Made by a program: the position numbers and the translations under genes. Below, in pieces: positions 47,511 to 56,026 of a stretch of DNA of 64,000 nt. The number at the start of each line of letters is the position of its first letter. Position 1 is the first letter of the stretch. The DNA comes from a virus, in the IMG/VR virus record IMGVR_UViG_3300027969_000042, positions 64,001 through 128,000 of that record; one strand, given 5' to 3'. The notes under the pieces were generated by a model. That model searched no databases. It was not told where the DNA came from and saw only the letters and a program-made list of their open reading frames with translations.

Positions 47511-49088
47511 ATGAAAGAGATTAAATCAGTAAGAGTAAGAAGAAGTGATGTAAAGTCAGGTACTTTAGATATTAAGGTAACTATATATGAAGAACGACGT
47601 ACATTTGGTGCAGATGAAAGAATAGTTGCAGGAACTAATAACGATAGACCAGTTTGGATAGCAACGACATATAAAAAGAAAGATTTATATAAAGAGTTTA
47701 CCGATGATCAATTTATAACAGACTTCATTGATATGAATGCTAGAAGTGATGGTGGTGGTAAGGAATATGAAATAATACAAGATCCTTGGGAAAATAAAGT
47801 ACCTATTTGGAGAAAGTATGGATTTGATCCTTACTACTTAAATAATGGTGCAGAGATACAGATAAATTGGAATGAAGGTAATATGGTATCCGGTGGATAT
47901 ACTTATAGTAGTGATACTGGTAAAGAAATAAATACAACATCTCTAATTAGTAAAACACATTGGATTGTTGGTATAGATGACCCATCTAAAGATCAAAATA
48001 GTTTATTACATTTCACTAAAAATAATGAAATTGACTATAGAAAAAAAGCAGTTGATTGTCAAGTATATGGTGGTTTAGTTACTGATCTTTATATAATAAA
48101 AGATATTATTGAAGCTTGGAAAAGAAAAGTTCCTGGTTATGATGAGTTGGCACTTTGTTCACCAAATAATGAAAAGTGTTCTATAATACCTTATAAAAGT
48201 CCTTTAAAACCAGTAGAACCAGAAGTACCACCCACAGTAAGTGTTGCAGTAAATGAGCCACCTAAGGAGAAAATGACAGTAGTTCTACCTCCAGATGTAG
48301 TAAAGGTTAAAAGTGATATAACATCATTTGTAGTTTATGTTGGTAAAGGAAAAGAGAAGGGATTATTGGAAAATCCAAGTGTCGAACAAGATGAATTTGT
48401 TTATGATGACTCACCAGGTATAGATGAATATACAGAATCTGAATTTATTGGTGAAGATGAAGCAAAATGGGAACCATTAAAAGATGTACAAGATGATACT
48501 TTTGATCCTGATACGGATAAAGGTGCTGGAGGTGATGAAACACCTGCACCAGAATCTTTTGTACCGGCAACACAGACTCAAAAAGACTTTATAAAGACTG
48601 CAGTTAGAGCTACTTTATCACAAGGTGAGAAACATGGAAAGTGTGCTCGTTTTACGTTTAATCACGTAAATAACTATATTAGACTTATGCAAGGTAAATC
48701 AGTGCAACAAGGTTCAATTCATAGTGCGGGTGGTAATGCAAATGATTCTGGATATCATAAAAATCTACAAAGTATGGGATATAAAATAATTTCAAATGAA
48801 AGTATTAGTAAGTCTAGTCTAATAAGTAAAATAAACTCTGGTGCTTGGTCTGTTGGAGATGTTATTGTTTATTGGTGTACTGATGGTCCATCTAGTGCAA
48901 GTCATGTTAAGTATGGACACACTCAAATATTTACAAATGGTTATCATAATGATTCAAGTTATAGATGGTCAACTGATAATATGAATAATTATAAGTGTTC
49001 TTTTGTATATAGAACAAAGGATGGTAATTCATACAAGTTTATTCACTTTCAAGCACCTAAAACTAAAAAGTTAAATGACGTAGCATAA
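47511..49088 (+). CDS. Virion protein with a C-terminal CHAP/NlpC-P60-like peptidoglycan hydrolase
   Basis: GKCARF (Cys), GDVIVY, YGHTQIF (His) and WSTD. Confidence 0.62.
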   Translation: MKEIKSVRVRRSDVKSGTLDIKVTIYEERRTFGADERIVAGTNNDRPVWIATTYKKKDLYKEFTDDQFITDFIDMNARSDGGGKEYEIIQDPWENKVPIWRKYGFDPYYLNNGAEIQINWNEGNMVSGGYTYSSDTGKEINTTSLISKTHWIVGIDDPSKDQNSLLHFTKNNEIDYRKKAVDCQVYGGLVTDLYIIKDIIEAWKRKVPGYDELALCSPNNEKCSIIPYKSPLKPVEPEVPPTVSVAVNEPPKEKMTVVLPPDVVKVKSDITSFVVYVGKGKEKGLLENPSVEQDEFVYDDSPGIDEYTESEFIGEDEAKWEPLKDVQDDTFDPDTDKGAGGDETPAPESFVPATQTQKDFIKTAVRATLSQGEKHGKCARFTFNHVNNYIRLMQGKSVQQGSIHSAGGNANDSGYHKNLQSMGYKIISNESISKSSLISKINSGAWSVGDVIVYWCTDGPSSASHVKYGHTQIFTNGYHNDSSYRWSTDNMNNYKCSFVYRTKDGNSYKFIHFQAPKTKKLNDVA

Positions 49089-49113
49089 AAAAACCTCTTT
49101 AAAAGAGGTTTTT
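49087..49113. terminator. Bidirectional intrinsic terminator
   Basis: AAAAAACCTCTTTTAAAAGAGGTTTT. Confidence 0.8.
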
Positions 49114-49117
49114 ATTT

Positions 49118-49384
49118 TTATTGTCCAATAGGTGGCATACCATTATCAGGTGTTGTTGATGCCGTTGCAATAATCATTAGATTATTTAATGCACTCGCAT
49201 AAGAAGAACCTGTTGCATAGATCTTAACTTCAGGCATACTAGCTGCAAAATAACCACCAGCATAAACTTCTGTTTGACTAACTAATAAACTACTACCATT
49301 AGATTGTGTTGCATATATTGCAACTGAACCATTTCTATACATTGGTACGTAGGAAATATTAACTAAATATTTTGGATTTGTCAT
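49118..49384 (-). CDS. Small hypothetical protein
   Basis: 88 aa; TTTAATATATA at 49405-49415. Confidence 0.55.
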   Translation of the reverse strand: MTNPKYLVNISYVPMYRNGSVAIYATQSNGSSLLVSQTEVYAGGYFAASMPEVKIYATGSSYASALNNLMIIATASTTPDNGMPPIGQ

Positions 49385-49431
49385 GATAAAAAATTATTTT
49401 CTTTTATATATTAAATATGAAATATTATTTT

Positions 49432-51594
49432 TTAATAAAATTTCTGAAATCTAGCATCACTAACTTCTACTGATACTGTTTGTATTTTTGTACCACTGTA
49501 ATAAACACTTAAATCATAAGTATTAGGAGATACTTCTAAAACAAAAGCACCACTCCATTTTTTTGTACCTAAGTTGTAACCCATACCGAATAAACTCCAT
49601 GGATATTTAGAACCATCGTCACCCCATTTTATTACTTCTTGCCATACTGTAGAATTATTTAAAGATAAAACAATTTTTAGTTCTTTTTCTAAGAAACTTT
49701 TAAATTGATCATCACTTAATAATCTCTCGTTAAAGGTGCTTTCTTTGTTATATCTTTCAATATTTACATTTTTAAGAGTAAACCTAAAAATTTTATCTAT
49801 ATTATTATCATAAATACCAGTTATTTCAACATAGTTAAACCCAGTTATCTGTGGTTCAGTTGTGACTGGAGCTACAGCTGGAGTTGGTGTAACAGGATTT
49901 GTAACTGAATCAATAGTCGGTGTGGCTGTTGTAGCCGCAATAGTTGGTGTATCAGGTGTATCAGGTGTAGTAGGAACAAAATTATCAAACTCACTTTGTT
50001 TACAAAGAGTATAAGTAAATGTTTCTTTTTTGGCAATAGTAACTTGACTTTCACATAATGTTATAAATTGATCCCACTGTGATACTGTTTTAAATACTTG
50101 AGCACCACCAGAATAATTAAATACATTTTCTGCAGATCCTACATCACTTGATTTATGTAGTAAAACAATTGATTTTATATTTATTTTCTCTGATTTATAA
50201 TTATAAATTTTTGTAGAGTCATTTATATGTATAGTAGCCTCGGCAATTTTTAAACACTTATCATTTTTAGGAGGAGTTGCAGTAGGATCTGATATATAAG
50301 TATCTAACTTACATTGATCATTATATTGTCCTAATGCTAATAACCCAACACCCTCTGGTAATAATTCAGTTTTCGGGAAATAACCTGGCATTGTTGTTAT
50401 TTGATATTCTAATAATTCCCAATTTCCATTTTGATTTTTATAGAATACGTTTAATGTATCATCAAATTTATTTGATATACTACCATCGTCTTTTTTAGAT
50501 GATTGGAATGCGACAATATTTAATATCCCAATTTGATCAAATGTTCGGTAACCCTTAGACTTTAAGAAACTAATCAATTTATCTATCTTTGGATTAGATG
50601 TTGTTGATGATAATGGATCGGCAGGTGGATTAGTATTTATAGGACCTGCTACACCATTTGCCACACTTGCACTCGCAACAGTTGTCGAAGTAACACCATT
50701 AGTACTTGCACTCGCACCTTGTCCAGTTATAGGGGCAGTTGTAGGAGTATTTATTGAAGGTTCTACGTGTTTATCATTATACTCTGGTTTAGGACCATCT
50801 ACTGGTTTGAAATTCTCATTAGTCTTTTTAGTTAGATTATTTTCTTTCTTTGTAGAGTTCCAAGCATCTCCAAGTTGTGCAGTATCTTCTCTATGGGTAT
50901 TTTTAACAGTTGAGACTTTATTATTATCTACAATATTTACGTGGTGTGATAAGAAAACAGGATCTCTTAATTGTTTATATTTCATTAAAACTTGTATCAT
51001 AGCAGGGTTAGTAACAACAGGTGCACCTAAGTTACCTAAATAAGGTCCTCCTTTATTTCCCATTAAATTATCAACAAACTCATCAAACCAATCCATCCAA
51101 TGGTTTCCTAAAATTGCTTGTTGTCCTGCAGTTGCATCTCCAATATTTACGTGTCTATTATTGTCCTTTAAATTAAGGTCAATTGTATTGTCTGTAATAT
51201 TGATATTATTGAACTTATGATCTATTTTTAAACCTTCTTTATCGTTTACGTATATTTGAGTTTTATGATCAAATATAAGAGACTTCATAGAAACATAATC
51301 AGTTGCTGATAATGATGTTAGTTTTTTTTCTAAATTTACATTATAGTGATCTGCAGATATAAACTCTGGTTTGTGTTCATCACCTGAATCAAATACAACT
51401 AAAAGTACTTTACCTTTCTCAGGTACATTAAACTCATTACCATTAAGATCCTTCCACGGACTGGCCCATGGAATTGCACTAACTTCAATATCATCAAATA
51501 CATCTAAAACTCTAACTCTTGCACGACCTAATTTTAATGGATCATTATTATCTTCAACAATACCAATATATGTTTTATTTGCTTCTACTCTCAT
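49432..51594 (-). CDS. Baseplate hub/spike protein (T4 gp5-like OB fold) with extra C-terminal domains
   Basis: YIGIVEDNNDPLKLGRARVRV...IPWASP...PEKGKVLLVVF is the gp5 OB-fold signature. Confidence 0.8.
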   Translation of the reverse strand: MRVEANKTYIGIVEDNNDPLKLGRARVRVLDVFDDIEVSAIPWASPWKDLNGNEFNVPEKGKVLLVVFDSGDEHKPEFISADHYNVNLEKKLTSLSATDYVSMKSLIFDHKTQIYVNDKEGLKIDHKFNNINITDNTIDLNLKDNNRHVNIGDATAGQQAILGNHWMDWFDEFVDNLMGNKGGPYLGNLGAPVVTNPAMIQVLMKYKQLRDPVFLSHHVNIVDNNKVSTVKNTHREDTAQLGDAWNSTKKENNLTKKTNENFKPVDGPKPEYNDKHVEPSINTPTTAPITGQGASASTNGVTSTTVASASVANGVAGPINTNPPADPLSSTTSNPKIDKLISFLKSKGYRTFDQIGILNIVAFQSSKKDDGSISNKFDDTLNVFYKNQNGNWELLEYQITTMPGYFPKTELLPEGVGLLALGQYNDQCKLDTYISDPTATPPKNDKCLKIAEATIHINDSTKIYNYKSEKINIKSIVLLHKSSDVGSAENVFNYSGGAQVFKTVSQWDQFITLCESQVTIAKKETFTYTLCKQSEFDNFVPTTPDTPDTPTIAATTATPTIDSVTNPVTPTPAVAPVTTEPQITGFNYVEITGIYDNNIDKIFRFTLKNVNIERYNKESTFNERLLSDDQFKSFLEKELKIVLSLNNSTVWQEVIKWGDDGSKYPWSLFGMGYNLGTKKWSGAFVLEVSPNTYDLSVYYSGTKIQTVSVEVSDARFQKFY

Positions 51595-51600
51595 AATTTA

Positions 51601-53832
51601 TTACTTTTTAATAAAGTTAGTAGCACCATTTAAAACGTTACTAACTGCACCACCTGCAAAGTCTGCCAATTCATTTCTAATATCATAAAAAAATCTATCA
51701 GTTGTATTTGTTAGTGCAATACCCATTGGATCTTGTGGACCTACATAGATATTTTGTGGTGGACTAATTCCTTTTTTTCCAACAAAGTCAATTAAAAGTT
51801 TATTTATTGTTCTTGATAATAAACTAACTCTACCATTTACTAATGTTGCTAATTCTTGTTTAGCACTTTTTATAGTTTTATCTTTTAATCTTTCAATAAA
51901 GTTACCAATATTAGTATCTGCTTTTTTGTTAGTTAGCTCTTTTAAAGATGTTGGTATTCCAATTGTTTTATTTTTCTCAGTAAAGTTTTTTATGGCAGAC
52001 TCTGCACTATTTTTTAATAATGTTTTAGGATTATTTAATAACTCTAATTTTTTATTTTGTTCTTTAACTAATTTACTTAGATCTGCACCGATCGCAGTTT
52101 GATCTTTAGCATACCTTTTAAATTTATCTAAGTCAAATTTATCTTCTTCATCCTTTGTTTGTAAATCATCTATCTTCTCATCAATTGAAAATCCTAAAGG
52201 GTTTTCTGGTAAATTAACACCAAATCTATTTAATACTGCTGGTGATTTAACACCATTGTTATTAGTTGTATTAGTACCTGATGTGAAAAATCTAGGTAAA
52301 GAAGTATCGCTTGTAGTTGATTGTGTTCCACCTCTTTGTACTCTTGCACCCGCGTTACCGATTTTCCAAATAGCACCACCATCATATCCAATATATTTAC
52401 CGAAATTTGCAGATGGCATAAATTTTTCAAACTTAACTGTAGAATATTTATAATCAAACTGAATACCATAAGTATCATATGTTGCAATAGCAGCCATATC
52501 AATATCAGGATTGTGAGGCATTGTATTAAAAAAGAACTGACATTCTTTTAAAGAGTAAACATATCTAGATAAGTTATCTTTAATAACCTCTAAATCACCG
52601 TTATCCATAGCTTTTCTAACTCTATTAAAATTTCTACACTCAGAAACTATAATATCACAGTTAAATCTTAGTAGATTTTCAGGTACTATACTTTTACCAT
52701 TTGGTTTAGACCAATATAGTAATTTATATAAATGTGCTAAAGTACCCATTGTCAGTGATACATCCTCTGTAAAATCAAGTGTAATAACATCCGTTCTATA
52801 ATCAACCAGAAATTTTTTCTTATCTGGAGTATTTGATTCTATTAAATTTCCTAATCCACCAATTTTTTTAAGATAATAACTCATATATGATGTTTTTCCA
52901 CCTCTAAAAAGATCTTTAGAACTATCAGTATTTGCATAACCAGGTTTAGTTTTACTCATTGATACTTGTTCATCATTTATATTTACAGTAGTTTTAGTTC
53001 TAAATAGTTTTACAAATTGTTGTTTAAAATCCTCATAGACCGGAATTTTATACTTTATCTCATCAACCCCACTATAAATCTTTAAAAAATCAAGTACAGA
53101 ACCATTTAATAATGGAGAGGATATATCATCTATTATAATCTCAAATCCAAACATAACAGGGTCGTTATTCTCATAAGGTGTTTGTTGAAATTGTGATAAA
53201 CGTAATTCTGATTTACCATTTTCTGGATTTTCAATAGGAGTTAAATTATCAATTATTTGTAAACCATGTTTAAAATAATCAGTTCTTGTATCATTAAATA
53301 ATAAGTAATAATCACGTGTACTATAGGGAGATGATTTCAAATCTTTTGGTTTTTTAGGTAAATTTTTACTCTCACTAAACCTCTCATCAGTATCTAAGAT
53401 AGTAGAATTTGCACCCGGCTTTATTAGTTGTCCCAACCAATCAACATACTCATACTCTCCTACTTTAATTTGATTTACTGTATTAGGAGTTGCTTCTAAT
53501 TTATTTTCAGGACTAGTAGTATTAGTATCACCATTCGCATATTGTTCGGTTGACTTTGGAGTACTACCATATCTAAAATCTTTACTAGGTCCTATAAAAT
53601 ATGGAGACAAAAATCCTTTATCAATACTTGCCTGTGGCCAAGGATTTCCATTTTTAATAATATTATCAATATTTGATCTCAAATCACCTTTAAGCTTATT
53701 AAGTTCAATAGTTTCAATTTGTCCAGTTTCTTTGTTAAAGATAGTATAAGTTCCTGCTTTATACGAGTATTTAGGAGGAGTACCAACAATTGATTCAGCA
53801 CTAGTAGAAGTAGACAGTTTACTTAGATCCAT
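51601..53832 (-). CDS. Putative tail/baseplate structural protein
   Basis: 743 aa within the baseplate cluster; TATATA motif upstream; no catalytic motif recognised. Confidence 0.4.
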   Translation of the reverse strand: MDLSKLSTSTSAESIVGTPPKYSYKAGTYTIFNKETGQIETIELNKLKGDLRSNIDNIIKNGNPWPQASIDKGFLSPYFIGPSKDFRYGSTPKSTEQYANGDTNTTSPENKLEATPNTVNQIKVGEYEYVDWLGQLIKPGANSTILDTDERFSESKNLPKKPKDLKSSPYSTRDYYLLFNDTRTDYFKHGLQIIDNLTPIENPENGKSELRLSQFQQTPYENNDPVMFGFEIIIDDISSPLLNGSVLDFLKIYSGVDEIKYKIPVYEDFKQQFVKLFRTKTTVNINDEQVSMSKTKPGYANTDSSKDLFRGGKTSYMSYYLKKIGGLGNLIESNTPDKKKFLVDYRTDVITLDFTEDVSLTMGTLAHLYKLLYWSKPNGKSIVPENLLRFNCDIIVSECRNFNRVRKAMDNGDLEVIKDNLSRYVYSLKECQFFFNTMPHNPDIDMAAIATYDTYGIQFDYKYSTVKFEKFMPSANFGKYIGYDGGAIWKIGNAGARVQRGGTQSTTSDTSLPRFFTSGTNTTNNNGVKSPAVLNRFGVNLPENPLGFSIDEKIDDLQTKDEEDKFDLDKFKRYAKDQTAIGADLSKLVKEQNKKLELLNNPKTLLKNSAESAIKNFTEKNKTIGIPTSLKELTNKKADTNIGNFIERLKDKTIKSAKQELATLVNGRVSLLSRTINKLLIDFVGKKGISPPQNIYVGPQDPMGIALTNTTDRFFYDIRNELADFAGGAVSNVLNGATNFIKK

Positions 53833-53875
53833 TAAGTTAAATTATATTTGTAGTATATATAAATATTTTACTTTT

Positions 53876-56020
53876 CTATGCGACTTGTACTCCCGTCAAT
53901 TTAGCGATTTTTTTACCACCTTGTGCAATTAATGAAGCCGATCTAGAACCTAGACTTTTACCAGTTCCTAATTTATACATTCTATGACCACCATTTACTC
54001 TTTCAATAACACTAGATTTTAATAAAGATTCTGAATCTTTCTTACCAGAATTATACTCTTCATTTATTACCTTTAATAATCCTTTAATCCATCCAACTCC
54101 ATTCCACTGTGCATAAATGACATTAAACATTAATCTACCATCAGACTTAATAAGTGCTTGTATATTTTTATCAGGACAATAGTTGTTTAGACTACTATTA
54201 AATTTTGGTTCCATCACACCAGCGGCAAGTTTTACTAATTGACTATATAATGGTTCTTTTGGCATGTGATTCCATCTCCATTTACTTCTTGCACCGGAAC
54301 TATCAATTGCAGACCAAAAGTTTTTTGCAGCAGTACTGGTACTATCTCCTTGTTTTCTATCTAAACCAAACATGGTTTCACCACTAGTACTATATCTACT
54401 ATCTTTAACCCTACCATCCTTTGTCATATCTGGATGAAAATATCCTCCCTCTAAATTAGAAATAACTGCCTCTGTAACTTGTGTAAAAGTCATCGACTTT
54501 GTCAGCTTACTTGGTTTTAATTTGGCACTTGCTTCAAAATTTCCAGCCCCATTATTACCTGAAACAGAGTCAGATGTGTCATTAAGTCTTGCCTCAGCCA
54601 TATCCATTTGTACTTCTGCCAACTCTTCCATTTGTTCTAATGCAAATTCATCTTGACCAGCAAACTCATCCTCAACATATTCACTACCATAAACATCTAC
54701 ACCATCATCATATAATAAAGTTTCATCTTCTTGACCAATAATGAATAAATTACCAAAGTCTGCATTTGAAAATATATCCAACTGTTCTACATTAAAAGTA
54801 AACTCTTGTGTTCCAATTGTACTTGTAGTTGGACCAGGAATCGAACTTTCTGATGCCCCAGTTACGGTACTTGCCGATGAACCCACTGGTAAATCACTTG
54901 GTGGTACTACTGGAGGACCATCTGGTTCTGTATATTTAAGATAAATTGATAAACCATAAGTACCTTCGATTATATTTTGTAAAGCAAGAATTGCATCAGT
55001 TGCAAGATTATTTTTAGTCGAAGTACTTTTACCACCATTAAATGTAATAGTTCCAGAATTATTTGGTACTACTACTTTAGTCTTTGGATTTGTCCATGGA
55101 TTTGGTAATCCATTTAATGTACTATTAGGTATTATGTAATTTCCACTTTCAATAAAAACTATTTTACCTTGTACTTTCTTCTCAATATCACTCAATGGAT
55201 TTATTACACTCAATATATAATCAGTGTTTGTACCGGATTGTGTTCCAGACTGTGTTCCAGAAGTTTGAGATGGAAAAAAACCATCACCTGCTTCTAAAAC
55301 TGCCAGAAAATATTTAGATTGTTCAGCAGTACCTAAAGGTAACCGAGTACCTGTATGATAATAACCTTTTAAATAATCATCAGTCAACTCATCTTCAATT
55401 CTCATAAAAATACTAGAGTAGTCTTTATATTTTAAATTTGATACAGATATTTTTGTATTATATATAACTCTATATAAAGAATGCATCCAAAAGTCAAACC
55501 AAGCTTTACCACCTAAGTTTTTTAGTTGTTTATATGATTTCAAACTTTCAAAACTACCATCTTTAGTTCTTAATATATTATATAAATCCTGGTGTGTTTT
55601 AAGACCTGTTTCATATTGTTCTGCCAAGTATGACATAGTTGCGTAAGTATATCCTTCGGTGTATAAAGAGGTTGGAGTTATTAGATTATCATCTCTATCA
55701 TATTTTCTATCGACATAATCTTCTACAATCTCAGGGTTTGACCTATAATTATTATATTGGATACTATAGTTTTTAGGTCCACTTGCAGGATAAGACCAGT
55801 CAAATAATTGACCTAATGTTGTTACATCAAATCCGTCTATTGTAAATTTATCAGTGATACCTAAAACATCCATTTTTGGCATCTTTAGTGTAAAGGGATC
55901 CGTAAGTGCAATTGCAGTTTGTCTAGCTGCTAAGTAAGCATCTACCTCACTTTGTGCATTTGCTATCTCTACATCTACTGCAGTATTCCATGCATCAATA
56001 AGCTCTTGTATCTTTGACAT
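53876..56020 (-). CDS. Baseplate-associated protein with a C-terminal lysozyme-like (GH108-related) domain
   Basis: VISNLEGGYFHP...SGETMFGLDRK; shares a module with 56027-58981. Confidence 0.6.
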   Translation of the reverse strand: MSKIQELIDAWNTAVDVEIANAQSEVDAYLAARQTAIALTDPFTLKMPKMDVLGITDKFTIDGFDVTTLGQLFDWSYPASGPKNYSIQYNNYRSNPEIVEDYVDRKYDRDDNLITPTSLYTEGYTYATMSYLAEQYETGLKTHQDLYNILRTKDGSFESLKSYKQLKNLGGKAWFDFWMHSLYRVIYNTKISVSNLKYKDYSSIFMRIEDELTDDYLKGYYHTGTRLPLGTAEQSKYFLAVLEAGDGFFPSQTSGTQSGTQSGTNTDYILSVINPLSDIEKKVQGKIVFIESGNYIIPNSTLNGLPNPWTNPKTKVVVPNNSGTITFNGGKSTSTKNNLATDAILALQNIIEGTYGLSIYLKYTEPDGPPVVPPSDLPVGSSASTVTGASESSIPGPTTSTIGTQEFTFNVEQLDIFSNADFGNLFIIGQEDETLLYDDGVDVYGSEYVEDEFAGQDEFALEQMEELAEVQMDMAEARLNDTSDSVSGNNGAGNFEASAKLKPSKLTKSMTFTQVTEAVISNLEGGYFHPDMTKDGRVKDSRYSTSGETMFGLDRKQGDSTSTAAKNFWSAIDSSGARSKWRWNHMPKEPLYSQLVKLAAGVMEPKFNSSLNNYCPDKNIQALIKSDGRLMFNVIYAQWNGVGWIKGLLKVINEEYNSGKKDSESLLKSSVIERVNGGHRMYKLGTGKSLGSRSASLIAQGGKKIAKLTGVQVA

Positions 56021-56026
56021 TATTCA

